From contig NZ_CP027570.1 in NCBI RefSeq assembly GCF_003010495.1, forward strand, positions 210,001 through 242,000: DNA of 32,000 bases, given 5' to 3'. Shown piece after piece: positions 8,951 to 17,309 of this stretch. The position numbers were made by a program, and so were the translations under genes. Each line of letters opens with the position of its first letter. Positions within the stretch are counted from its first letter, which is position 1. A model generated the notes under the pieces. That model did not search any database. It was not told the DNA's origin and worked only from the letters and a program-made list of their open reading frames with translations. This DNA comes from Megasphaera elsdenii DSM 20460 (GTDB taxonomy: Bacteria; Bacillota; Negativicutes; Veillonellales; Megasphaeraceae).

Positions 8951-10848
8951 ATCGAGTAGGAGGGATTTCTGAGTAGAAATCCCGACCTCTCACACCACCG
9001 TGCGTACCGTTCGGTACACGGCGGTTTCCTAGTTTTCGCATACTTGCTTGTAATAGCTCGTCATGGTTATGTAGCCAAGGCGGGCTATTTCTTTATTCGT
9101 AAGAACTGAGTTCAGCATTGCCGCTGCTCGCCACGGACCTTTTCGGCAGTTAGCCATTTCCAACACTACCCACTTGGGCGCGCCGTATTGGCTTATCATC
9201 CGGTGTTTCGTCCGTACCTTCTTCCATTGTTTCCAGTATATGGTTCGTATTTTGCGTCGAATCCATCTGTCAATTTGAATTAGCAGTTCCTTCATATTCG
9301 CTAGTTTAAAGTAATTCACCCATCCCTTTATGAATCGTTTCAATAGAAGGGCTCTCACTTCGTTTCCTTTTCCATTGCTTCGTTTCAATATAAACCGCAA
9401 ACGGTCTTTCATCTTAGTAATGGATTTCGGATGCACCCGGAGTCGGCATTTTCCATTCTTTCGGTAGAAGCCATATCCCAGATATTTAACATAGCGGATG
9501 TGGGCTACGTGCGTCTTATTTCGATTCACCTTGAGAAATAATTTCTTCTCAATATATCGAGTGATGCTTTCCAAGGTCCTTTCGGCACTTCTTCTGCTTT
9601 TGCAGAGTATCATGCAGTCATCTGCATAGCGGACAAATTTATGTCCGCGCCGTTCCAGCTCCTTATCCAGCTCATTCAGCATGATGTTACTCAAGAGCGG
9701 ACTCAATGGCCCTCCTTGGGGAACCCCCTGTTCACTTCGTTCGAACATCCCATGCCGGATAACACCAGCATGGAGATATTGGTGTATCAGCGAGATGACC
9801 CGGCCGTCTTTTACGCTCCTTGACAGAACTTCTATCAATTTGCTTTGGCAGACATTGTCGAAAAATTTCTCCAAGTCCATGTCTACGACGTAGACATAGC
9901 CCTCATCTGCATAGGCCTGGCATTGTTTCAACGCATCGTGGGCGCCCCGTTTGGGACGGAACCCGAAACTGCTATCTGAAAACTGTGGCTCGTAGATAGG
10001 CACAAGAACCTGCGTAATCGCCTGTTGTATCATGCGGTCTACGACCGTAGGGATTCCTAATTTCCGGAATTTCCCTTTTTCCTCTTTGGGTATTTCAACC
10101 CGACGGACTGGCTGGGGCTTATATTTCCCATTCCGTATTTGCTGAAGGAGGTCCAGGCGATGTTCCCGCAGGTAGGGTAGAAGTTCATCTACACTCATCC
10201 TGTCGACCCCGCCGGTTCCTCGATTAGACTTTACCTTCTTATAGGCACCATTTAAGTTGTCTCGTGATAAAATCTGCTTCAACAGACTGTCCGCTGGCAA
10301 GCTTGCAATGATGTCGTTGTGTTCAGCAATCCTCGCATGGGCAGACGCTTCCACATATCCCGGTTGTTCCGCAACCTCTTTTTGTGGACAGCCTTCTTGA
10401 TGAAGTTTTCTGTCTTTCATTCCATGATTGGTTACTTTCATTAACTAACATCTCCTAGGATTCGGCCCTTTCCTCATGGTCTATAGCCCATAAGGTACTA
10501 TGGCCTCGGCTGACTCCTCATGATAAATCTTATTTCAACCATGATGTCCAATCTATATGGCACCATCATGTCCATGAGGCCTCCCCGGGTAAGAACGCAC
10601 TCTTTCTCTCCATGTGTCTGCCACATCTACTATTCATGGTTCCGTGTAGCTATGGGACTTCAACCTGTTAGGCGGCCTTATCCCCATGACTAGCCTTATG
10701 TGATTTCTGTTCGTCAGACCAGAGATTTGCCTCGACCTTCCTTCAGATTCCATCTCACGATGGACACCCTTGGTTCTGGCTATAGCCTTCCCGCTACCGG
10801 GCGGCTTAGGGACTTTCACCCATTAGAGTGCGCCCATGCCGGGCGCAC
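8951..10848 (-). mobile_element. bacterial class C (IIC) group II intron, apparently full length (1898 nt)
   Basis: The 5' end reads GTGCGCCCGGCATGGGCGCAC... from 10848. Domain V at 8995..9024 reads CCGCCGTGTACC-GAAC-GGTACGCACGGTGG, with a CGC triad and a 2-nt bulge. Domain VI has a bulged A seven nt from the 3' end, which reads ...CCTACTCGAT. The ends are fixed by the uninterrupted site at 14366/14367. Confidence 0.9.
9029..10441 (-). CDS. group II intron-encoded reverse transcriptase/maturase, no endonuclease domain
   Basis: 470 aa with RT motifs (RRVEIPKEEKGKFRKLGIPTVVDRMIQQA, FGFRP, GVPQGGPLSPLLSN, RYADD) followed by the X/maturase region. The protein ends 5 nt before domain V and has no HNH domain. 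Confidence 0.92.
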   Translation of the reverse strand: MKVTNHGMKDRKLHQEGCPQKEVAEQPGYVEASAHARIAEHNDIIASLPADSLLKQILSRDNLNGAYKKVKSNRGTGGVDRMSVDELLPYLREHRLDLLQQIRNGKYKPQPVRRVEIPKEEKGKFRKLGIPTVVDRMIQQAITQVLVPIYEPQFSDSSFGFRPKRGAHDALKQCQAYADEGYVYVVDMDLEKFFDNVCQSKLIEVLSRSVKDGRVISLIHQYLHAGVIRHGMFERSEQGVPQGGPLSPLLSNIMLNELDKELERRGHKFVRYADDCMILCKSRRSAERTLESITRYIEKKLFLKVNRNKTHVAHIRYVKYLGYGFYRKNGKCRLRVHPKSITKMKDRLRFILKRSNGKGNEVRALLLKRFIKGWVNYFKLANMKELLIQIDRWIRRKIRTIYWKQWKKVRTKHRMISQYGAPKWVVLEMANCRKGPWRAAAMLNSVLTNKEIARLGYITMTSYYKQVCEN

Positions 10849-10850
10849 CT

Positions 10851-10878
10851 AAAAAAAAGCTGCCGCATCAGCGACAGC
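10851..10878 (-). terminator. intrinsic terminator of the porin remnant; the 5' exon feature immediately upstream of the intron
   Basis: The minus-strand RNA is GCUGUCGC-UGAU-GCGGCAGC followed by U8, then AG, then the intron 5' GUGCG. Confidence 0.8.
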
Positions 10879-10921
10879 CCTTTTTACATTAAACTTCAAA
10901 CATCAAACCTCAAACGTTCTC

Positions 10922-11262
10922 TTAGAAGGAGAATACGAATTCAGCTCTCGTCTGTTCTTCCGGATCATCGGCATGGGTCTTATTCGTCTTCCATTTAGAG
11001 CCAAAGCTCTGGTAGACGTTGAATAAGGTATTCTTGGCTACGACATAGCTGCCGCCGACGCCCCGGTCTTGATATTGTTCAAGGCATCGCTGTCAAAGCG
11101 TCAGCTATTCGTCGAACCACCGAGATAAGCCCCATCTTCGACATTGAGGTATTCGACCCAAGCGCTCCAAGTACCCGGCTGAGATTTTACAGCTTTGCCA
11201 TATGTCAGCTGAGCAGCCCACCAGTTGGCACTGTCATCGTTATCGAGGGTCTTAAAATCTAG
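10922..11262 (-). pseudogene. outer-membrane beta-barrel (porin-like) gene remnant, copy 1, frameshifted but with its C-terminus
   Basis: It ends ...GSKWKTNKTHADDPEEQTRAEFVFSF-stop, with a terminal Phe typical of OMP barrels. There is a 1-nt deletion relative to copy 2 at about 11064 (acc-ggggc versus acctggggc). No N-terminal part is present. Confidence 0.5.
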
Positions 11263-11296
11263 TTCTTCACTCTGCCGCAGGCATTGTAATTTCAAT

Positions 11297-11417
11297 TCAA
11301 TCTATTTCTTCCAAAAAGCCTCTGCGTTGGCGATGTTCTGACGAATCGTCGCGCAGCAGGCTTTAAATTTTTTCAGTTCGTCGTCAGGCAAGTTGTATTC
11401 GATGACTTCTTCGATGC
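11297..11417 (-). pseudogene. duplicated 3' end of the ldh gene (last ~40 codons)
   Basis: 11262..11417 matches 14579..14734 base for base by eye. It encodes ...IEEVIEYNLPDDELKKFKACCATIRQNIANAEAFWKK-stop with no upstream LDH sequence. Confidence 0.8.
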
Positions 11418-11623
11418 TATTGTCGCCACCACCCCAACGAAATCCTTGGGCTGTCAGCCACTCTTTGAAAGCCCCTTTTTTCGTTTCTCTTCATCATCCA
11501 TCGTGACATTCGGAGCCAAAAAATTTCAGGTCTGGTCGCCTGCCACAGGCGTCACAGCCGCCCACTTTTCCGGTGTCCCGTCGTCTTCGAGAAGTGAAAG
11601 AATCGATTTGATGTCAATCATTG

Positions 11624-11989
11624 CTAAGCCCCCTGTTCACGTTTGCGAAAAGATGTGCGCAGCCAGCTCCAGAGTGGCTGCAAGTAAAGGTAGACGGCAG
11701 CGGCAATGCCCCAGGATGAGGCACCGAGGGCCGCCAGGGGTACGGCAGCAGCAACACTCCAGGGCACGAGGGCCGCGAGGACGATGGTCGTGTCTTCCAG
11801 GGCCAAGGCCATTTCCTCTTTGTCGTCATAAAGCGACTGGCAGAGCTCCTGCACCATGATGGGCGACAAGGTCTGGTTGCAGGCAATGGCGACGGAAGCG
11901 AGGGACACGACAATCGTACAGCCAAAGGCCGTAAAGACCAGGCAGAACAACAGCCCGGCCGCAAACAGTCCTAAGGGAAGAAAATTCAT
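11624..11989 (-). pseudogene. C-terminal fragment of an NhaC-family Na+/H+ antiporter
   Basis: 121 aa. The stretch ...CNQTLSPIMVQELCQSLYDDKEEMALALEDTTIVLAALVPWSVAA... matches the NhaC C-terminal pattern (NQ.L.I..../LEDS..L.PW). Full-length NhaC proteins are several-fold longer. Confidence 0.55.
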
Positions 11990-12014
11990 GGCAGTTTTCT
12001 CCTTCCAGAAGTCC

Positions 12015-12971
12015 TTAAGAGATAAGCAGCATGACTGCCGGGACGACGATGACGAAGAGCAGCGTGCCGATGGTGACTAAGTTGGCCGCATAGGTGACGT
12101 CGCCCTTGCCCTGGGTCGCCAGAATCGGCAGGACAGCGATGGTCGGCACGGCGCTCTGGACGATGAAGGTCTGGCTAGCAATGGCCGGCAGGACGCCGCC
12201 AAGGCCGGCGGCGATTCCGAAGACGGCAGCGGTCAGGGCCGGACTGAGGACGAATTTGACGAGCATGACCACGACCGTATCCTTATCGAAGCGGATGCTG
12301 GCAAGGCCGGCGACGGAGAGGCTGATGCCGATATAAATGAGTGACAGGCCGGTCACCATATTGCCGAGATAGTTCAGCGTCGCAAAGAGGGGCTTAGGAA
12401 TCGAAATGTCGAAGAAGAGGACGAGAAAGGCAGCGACGCAGCCGACCAGCGGCGCCTGCAGCAGCCGTTTCGGCTGGAAGCGGGCTCCCCCGGCCGCAGC
12501 GTCCGGCGTGCTCGGATCATTGAGCACCAAAGTGGCGCCAACCGTCCAGATAGAAAGCAGGCTCAGTACATAGAAGACGAGGAAATACGTAATCGACTGG
12601 TCGCCAAACAGAGCCGCGTTCAGGGGCATGCCGATGAAAAGGCTGTTCGTATTGACGATGCCGTTGATGAAGCTGCCCCGGCGGCCGTGCGGGACACGGC
12701 AGACTTTTACCAGAACGAAGCTGATGAGATAGAGGACGGCCAGTATCACCGTCCCGGAAATGAGAGGCCCGGTCAGGTTGCCCAGTTGGGAAAGGTCGAG
12801 GGTCTTGATTACCGAAACGAAGATGGACGACGGCAGGGCGATGTTCATGACTAAAAAGGCGAGGTTCTTGTTTAAACCGTCATCGATGAATTTTTTCTCA
12901 CGCAGAAAATAGCCCAGGACCATCAGCAATATAATAGGCAGGATGTCTTCAATGATTTCCAGTAACAGCAT
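12015..12971 (-). CDS. AEC-family (auxin efflux carrier / malate permease-like) transporter
   Basis: 318 aa polytopic membrane protein. MLLLEIIEDILPIILLMVLGYFLREKKFIDDG... is typical of the AEC family. Confidence 0.88.
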   Translation of the reverse strand: MLLLEIIEDILPIILLMVLGYFLREKKFIDDGLNKNLAFLVMNIALPSSIFVSVIKTLDLSQLGNLTGPLISGTVILAVLYLISFVLVKVCRVPHGRRGSFINGIVNTNSLFIGMPLNAALFGDQSITYFLVFYVLSLLSIWTVGATLVLNDPSTPDAAAGGARFQPKRLLQAPLVGCVAAFLVLFFDISIPKPLFATLNYLGNMVTGLSLIYIGISLSVAGLASIRFDKDTVVVMLVKFVLSPALTAAVFGIAAGLGGVLPAIASQTFIVQSAVPTIAVLPILATQGKGDVTYAANLVTIGTLLFVIVVPAVMLLIS

Positions 12972-12974
12972 TTC

Positions 12975-13538
12975 TTATCTCCCCTCGTGGTCAGAATCAG
13001 GTGCCGCATACCGCGTTAAGAAGCGGGACGGCACTTTTTTTGTCAGCCAGACGCCGTTGACGGAACGGTAGAAAGTGAAGCCTTCTTTTACCATTTTACC
13101 GCTGGCGACGGTGTAGATGACAGGTTTGCCGTGGCGCTGGCCGACCTTTCGGGCCGTCACGGCATCGCCCGAAAGGTGGACGTAGAGGCGGCTCTTGGGC
13201 AGCAGGCCCTGGCGCTCGATAGAGGCCGTGTATTTCTCGCCCGTACCGTGATAGAGGATGGGCGGCGGCGTGACCACGGGCAGCTCGACGTCGACGGGAA
13301 TGGAATGGCCCTGATTGGCCCGGATCTTCGTCTTCTCGTCATTGAAGGAATAGCGCTGCTTGTTGTCTGTGCGCACGATTTCTTCCAAGATTTCTTTATT
13401 GATAGGATACTTCCTGCTGACGCCGGCCAGCAGTTCTTCCACATCGGCCCAGCCGTGCCGGTCCAAAGTCACGCCGGCCACCCAGGGCTTATGGCGCAGG
13501 ATGAGGCTGAGGTAGCGGCTGATACGCGTTAAATCCAT
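12975..13538 (-). CDS. kptA: RNA 2'-phosphotransferase (Tpt1/KptA family)
   Basis: ISRYLSLILRHKP...LDRHGWADVEELL...IRANQGHS...HGT...VHLS are KptA signature blocks. ATG at 13538 follows AAAGGTGAT; the track start at 13547 is a GTG. Confidence 0.87.
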   Translation of the reverse strand: MDLTRISRYLSLILRHKPWVAGVTLDRHGWADVEELLAGVSRKYPINKEILEEIVRTDNKQRYSFNDEKTKIRANQGHSIPVDVELPVVTPPPILYHGTGEKYTASIERQGLLPKSRLYVHLSGDAVTARKVGQRHGKPVIYTVASGKMVKEGFTFYRSVNGVWLTKKVPSRFLTRYAAPDSDHEGR

Positions 13539-13555
13539 GATGATCACCTTTTCTT

Positions 13556-14161
13556 TTATAAAAAACTCCGTACCTGATAAACTAATATCTTTTCTTTTTC
13601 GTCGTCACCGTCAAAGAGATCGCGGCAGTCGATGGGCTCTTCGGCGATGAGGCGCAGGTGCTGGTTGAGGAAGTGCTCCGTATCTTCATAGGGATAGTAG
13701 AAAAAGAGGCGCAGCGGCCGCGGTTTGCGTTCGAGAGAGTCGAAGATTTTCCCGAGGACCCGCTTCAGCGTGTGCAGGGCGAAAGGATTGAAGAAAAAGC
13801 AGCAGTCTGCTTCATCGGGGATCTCATAGGCCGCCGCATCGGCCAGGACGAAGGAGACGCGCTGCCGTGCCGCCGGGCTCTTGGCGTTGAGCATTGCTTT
13901 CTGCCAGAGCCGTTCGTCGTATTCGATGCCGAGAGAATGGCAGCCCGTCTGGTAAGCCAGGAAAATACTCACCCTTCCCTTGCCGCTGCCGTAATCGATG
14001 AGGGTATTCTTTTTGCGGATCAGGCCGCTGTTGGCCAACCGTTCAAGGACGCAGTAATCCGTCGGTTCGTAGGGATGGTGTTCCCCATCCGAATGACTGT
14101 CATCGCGCCCAGAAGTCTTAATCCCCAGCAGCTCTTCCCATTCCTGTTCACGTGTCGCCAT
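13556..14161 (-). CDS. class I SAM-dependent methyltransferase
   Basis: MATREQEWEELLG... with SAM motif I LIDYGSGKGRV. ATG at 14161 follows AAGGAG. The track extension to 14335 runs through a terminator and is rejected. Confidence 0.8.
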   Translation of the reverse strand: MATREQEWEELLGIKTSGRDDSHSDGEHHPYEPTDYCVLERLANSGLIRKKNTLIDYGSGKGRVSIFLAYQTGCHSLGIEYDERLWQKAMLNAKSPAARQRVSFVLADAAAYEIPDEADCCFFFNPFALHTLKRVLGKIFDSLERKPRPLRLFFYYPYEDTEHFLNQHLRLIAEEPIDCRDLFDGDDEKEKILVYQVRSFL

Positions 14162-14246
14162 AATGCACTCCTTTTTATTAATGTTGAAATACAATAATTC
14201 TATCATATACCGCTCACGGCAAAATAACAACTGCGTCGTTCGAAGG

Positions 14247-14281
14247 AAAACCCCCGGACATCTCCCGCGCCGGGGTTTTTC
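14247..14281. terminator. GC-rich hairpin flanked by A and T runs (bidirectional terminator candidate)
   Basis: aaaaCCCCGG-acatctcccgcg-CCGGGGttttt lies between the ldh/porin-remnant unit and the methyltransferase promoter. Confidence 0.55.
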
Positions 14282-14323
14282 TTTAGGCCTGACAGGACTC
14301 GACAGCCACATTTCAATGTTAGT

Positions 14324-14366
14324 ATGAATTAACAACCACTAACCCCTAGCCCCTGACTGCTAACCC
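14324..14366. repeat. second copy of the 42/43-bp segment; holds the unoccupied IS target (TTCAT) and borders the unoccupied intron site
   Basis: Same sequence as 8909..8950. Here it is followed directly by ctaaaaaaaagctgcc, identical to 10849..10864. Confidence 0.9.
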
Positions 14367-14382
14367 CTAAAAAAAAGCTGCC

Positions 14383-14580
14383 GGATCATCGGCATTGGTC
14401 TTATTCGTCTTCCATTTAGAGCCAAAGCTCTGGTAGACGTTGAATAAGGTATTCTTGGCTACGACATAGCTGCCGCCGACGCCCCAGGTCTTGATGTTGT
14501 TCAAGAAGACAAGAGTGTCCACAAGGTCAAATTCAGCCTGAAAAAAAATGCCCCGGCTGAGCAAGAAAGCCAAATCTGGT
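14383..14580 (-). pseudogene. porin-like gene remnant, copy 2 (internally deleted, C-terminus and terminator stem deleted)
   Basis: 14383..14505 matches 10962..11083 with 3 differences. It translates ...LNNIKTWGVGGSYVVAKNTLFNVYQSFGSKWKTNKTNADDP and has no proper start or end. Confidence 0.5.
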
Positions 14581-14618
14581 TCTTCACTCTGCCGCAGGCA
14601 TTGTAATTTCAATTCAAT

Positions 14619-15575
14619 CTATTTCTTCCAAAAAGCCTCTGCGTTGGCGATGTTCTGACGAATCGTCGCGCAGCAGGCTTTAAATTTTTTCAGTTCGTCG
14701 TCAGGCAAGTTGTATTCGATGACTTCTTCGATGCCGTTGGCGCCGATGACCGACGGGACACCGCAGAAGATGCCCTTTTCGCTGTATTCACCGTCCAAAG
14801 GAGCGCTGGCGGCCATGATTTTCCGTTCATCACGCAGGACGGCGCGGACCATGGTGGCACCGGTCATGCTGATGCCGTATTCCGTGCAGCCCTTGCCGGA
14901 GTACGTGACCCAGCCGGCTTTGATGGTCTGTTCCTGGACTTTGTCTTTATCGAAGACGTAGTTCGGATTTTCTTCCAATTCAGCCAAGGGCTTGCCACCA
15001 AAGTGGATCAGCGACCAGGGGACGATCTGGGAATTGCCGTGTTCGCCCATCATGTAGGCCGAGAAGGAATGGTGGTCCAGGCCGGTCTGCTGGGAAATGG
15101 CGCTGACCAGACGCGAGCTGTCGAGACCTGTGCCCGTACCGAAAACGTGCCCCTTGGGCAGGCCGCTCTTCTTGGCGATGAGGTCTGTAATGACGTCGCA
15201 GGGATTGGTGATGTTGATGATGATGCCCTTGAAGCCGCCGGCCATAACTTTCGGGATGTAGTCGGCTACCTGAGGTACCGTGAAATGCATTTCATCGTCA
15301 CGGTTGCCCGAAGCGCAGAGCTTGATGTCGCCGATGGCATTGACGATGACGTCGCAGTCCGCCAGTTCTTCATAGCTGGCAATGGTATAGTTGACACGAT
15401 GAGGCATAAACATAACGGCGTCCATGAAGTCCTGCCGTTCGCTGACCAGTTTATCATGGTTAACATCACAGAGCTTGACTTCGTCGGCAATGCCTAAGAC
15501 CCCCAAGTTGAAGGCCACATGGGCACCGACATGGCCCAGACCGATGACACCGACGATACGTTTTTTGAAACTCAT
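14619..15575 (-). CDS. ldh: L-lactate / L-2-hydroxyacid dehydrogenase (LDH/MDH superfamily)
   Basis: 318 aa with Rossmann motif VGVIGLGHVGAHVA and the LDH-type catalytic-loop motif MGEHGNSQ. RBS is GGAGGGA. Confidence 0.88.
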   Translation of the reverse strand: MSFKKRIVGVIGLGHVGAHVAFNLGVLGIADEVKLCDVNHDKLVSERQDFMDAVMFMPHRVNYTIASYEELADCDVIVNAIGDIKLCASGNRDDEMHFTVPQVADYIPKVMAGGFKGIIINITNPCDVITDLIAKKSGLPKGHVFGTGTGLDSSRLVSAISQQTGLDHHSFSAYMMGEHGNSQIVPWSLIHFGGKPLAELEENPNYVFDKDKVQEQTIKAGWVTYSGKGCTEYGISMTGATMVRAVLRDERKIMAASAPLDGEYSEKGIFCGVPSVIGANGIEEVIEYNLPDDELKKFKACCATIRQNIANAEAFWKK

Positions 15576-15977
15576 AAAAATCCCTCCTTATTCTTATTAT
15601 ATTTATGTTATCAGGAAATCGTCCTGTTGTCTGTTGTAAATACTACGAAAAGTAAAGTGAACTTATACTTTTTTATTTATTTTTTCGGTGTCATCTAATT
15701 CCTTATGGTCATAACCTCAAATTCCCACTCCTCTCCTGCCTTGTCACAGATGGATCCTACGCAGGCACAGTTGTCAAACTTCGCCCCTTCCGGTAAATGG
15801 ATTCCCTGCGGAGGAAAATATTTTCCGGATTCTTCAACCATTTCAGGATATTCAGCCGCGTTTCATGCTTTTATTATATCTATTTTTATTGATATATCAA
15901 TATATAGATTTGAAAAAATCAAAAAAAGTTGTACAATAGAGAAAAGTTATCAAATCAAGAAAGCAGGTGCTTCTACT

Positions 15978-16628
15978 ATGACAAAAGAAGAAAAACAAAA
16001 AGCTGTCACGGCTGCCGGCAATCCAGCCAAACCGACAGGCGAAGCGGGCGAACAGATGCTGGCCCGCATGAATGAAAGCCATGCGCCCCTCACAGCCTGG
16101 GGCCTCTCGCACTTCACCTGGCGCGGCGATGAAGCCGTCCTCGACATCGGCTGCGGCGGCGGTGCCAATTTGCGCCGCATGAGCGCCCACGTGACGACGG
16201 GCCATCTGACGGGCATCGACTATTCTGCCACGTCCGTCCAGACTTCGCGCCAGACTAATGCCGCTGCCATTGCCGCCGGAAAAATGGAAATCTATGAAGG
16301 CTCCGTCGAAGCCCTGCCCTTTGCGGACAACACCTTCGATAAAATTACGACCGTCGAAAGTTTCTATTTCTGGCCTAATCCACAAGAAAACCTGAAAGAA
16401 GTACGCCGCGTCCTCAAACCAGGTGGCACCTTCCTTCTCATCGCTGAAATCTACGGCCACGACGGCCTCAGTGCTGAAGTCCGGGAAAATATCAAACGCT
16501 ATCACCTCTATAACCCGACACCGGAAACCTTTGAAACCATTTTCCGCGATGCCGGCTTCCCCTCCGTCCAGGTCCACATCGAAAAAGACCACCGTTGGAT
16601 CTGCATCGAAGGACAAAAAAAGCAATGA
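15978..16628 (+). CDS. class I SAM-dependent methyltransferase (Methyltransf_11-like)
   Basis: MTKEEKQKAVTAAGNPAKPTGEAGEQMLARMNESH... with motif I VLDIGCGGGANL. The upstream 91 codons of the track ORF cross an AT-rich promoter region and are rejected. Confidence 0.82.
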   Translation: MTKEEKQKAVTAAGNPAKPTGEAGEQMLARMNESHAPLTAWGLSHFTWRGDEAVLDIGCGGGANLRRMSAHVTTGHLTGIDYSATSVQTSRQTNAAAIAAGKMEIYEGSVEALPFADNTFDKITTVESFYFWPNPQENLKEVRRVLKPGGTFLLIAEIYGHDGLSAEVRENIKRYHLYNPTPETFETIFRDAGFPSVQVHIEKDHRWICIEGQKKQ

Positions 16629-16629
16629 C

Positions 16630-16900
16630 CCCTAGCGTTTTTGGCAACCATTCTGTGAAGAATCGCAGGGGCGTGCACGTGGCGCGCCCGTCTTGGCGAT
16701 ACAACAACCGGGATACCCGCAGCGCATAGCGGGCCGCCCAAAGCCTTTCTGGTCCCTCTGGAAGTGCAGGACAGTTGCCAGAACGTGAAGGGTTAACAAT
16801 GCCAAAAAAAATCGCGGCCGGACGCCCTAACGGGCGCCGGCCGAAAAGAGTCCTAACGAAAAAATAAAAAGACCTAACTAAATTTTTTTTTGCTTCAGAG
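16630..16900. repeat. GC-rich structured intergenic repeat cluster (same family as 19303..19450 and 29040..29560)
   Basis: It shares blocks such as gtttttggcaacc, ggccggacgccctaacgggcgccggcc and (inverted) cgttctggcaactgtcctgcac..ccagag with the other copies. No credible ORF is present. Confidence 0.6.
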
Positions 16901-16903
16901 CCT

Positions 16904-16975
16904 AACCACCTGCAGCCAGGGAACAAGGGTAAATAGTACGGCTACGCCGCCCTTGTTCCCTGGCTGCAAGTGGTT
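16904..16975. repeat. very long hairpin (26-bp stem, 20-nt loop)
   Basis: aaccacctgcagccagggaacaaggg (16904..16929) pairs with cccttgttccctggctgcaagtggtt (16950..16975) with a single C/T mismatch. It is followed by tttcttg. Confidence 0.8.
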
Positions 16976-17022
16976 TTCTTGTAAGGCGCAAAAAAAAAGA
17001 AAACATGGAAGGAGAGCCTCTC

Positions 17023-17250
17023 ATGAAACAAAGAAATGTCACCTACAATTACAGCGCCTTACAAGACCTCATGAACAGCCATTCACTAACAATTTCAGTA
17101 TTGGCCCAAAAAATCTCCATCAGTCCCGAATCACTTACCAAGAAACTGAACTCTCAAAGTGAATTCACACAAGACGAAATCCGAAAAATCGTGTCCCTAC
17201 TCCGCATCCCTCCAGAAAAGATAACTCTCTATTTTTTCACAATTCTATAA
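17023..17250 (+). CDS. small Cro-like HTH protein (DUF739-like), paralogue of 18555..18767
   Basis: 75 aa from the ATG at 17023 after GGAAGGAG. It shares ...SEFTQDEIRKIVSLLRI....LYFF with the other copy. Confidence 0.7.
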   Translation: MKQRNVTYNYSALQDLMNSHSLTISVLAQKISISPESLTKKLNSQSEFTQDEIRKIVSLLRIPPEKITLYFFTIL

Positions 17251-17264
17251 GTCTAGCACTCACC

Positions 17265-17289
17265 ATGCAAAAACGGGGCTATCGCATCG
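17265..17289. terminator. hairpin between convergent genes
   Basis: GGGGCTATCGC-atc-GCGACAGCCCC lies between the stops at 17250 (+) and 17310 (-). Confidence 0.6.
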
Positions 17290-17309
17290 CGACAGCCCCT
17301 TGTGTTATG

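Noticed and set aside
10634-10819. 61-aa ORF inside the intron 5' region
   Set aside because: It lies within ribozyme domains I-III, has no RBS, and its translation shows no recognisable motif.
7396-10848. Possibility that the intron and the tnpB element form one chimeric IStron-like element
   Set aside because: Described IStrons combine group I introns with IS605 parts. Here the two elements are separated by 42 bp that are present, uninterrupted, in the empty copy at 14324..14366. They are therefore two independent insertions.
11446-11964. ORFs 11446..11859 (+) and 11614..11964 (-)
   Set aside because: They overlap the NhaC-like frame (11624..11989), which alone has a membrane-protein-like, family-recognisable translation. 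The others are Pro/Arg/Ser-rich shadow frames.
14162-14335. Upstream extension of the methyltransferase ORF to 14335
   Set aside because: The extension reads through a GC hairpin terminator and a low-complexity region. A strong AAGGAG RBS precedes the ATG at 14161, where the conserved sequence begins.
15695-15977. N-terminal 91 codons of track ORF 15705..16628, and a 48-codon minus-strand ORF 15695..15841 (MVEESGKYFPPQGIHLPEGAKFDNCACVGSICDKAGEEWEFEVMTIRN)
   Set aside because: The plus-strand extension crosses an AT-rich promoter-like tract, and the methyltransferase homology starts at 15978. The small minus ORF has no RBS. It may be a gene remnant, since it is locally GC-richer, but I cannot support it as a gene.
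16492-16926. Overlapping minus-strand ORFs in 16492..16926, and the 29054..29448 set
   Set aside because: They lie in the GC-rich structured repeats. They give mutually overlapping frames and Arg/Pro/Gly-rich translations, and they have no RBS. They are better explained as non-coding repeat DNA.
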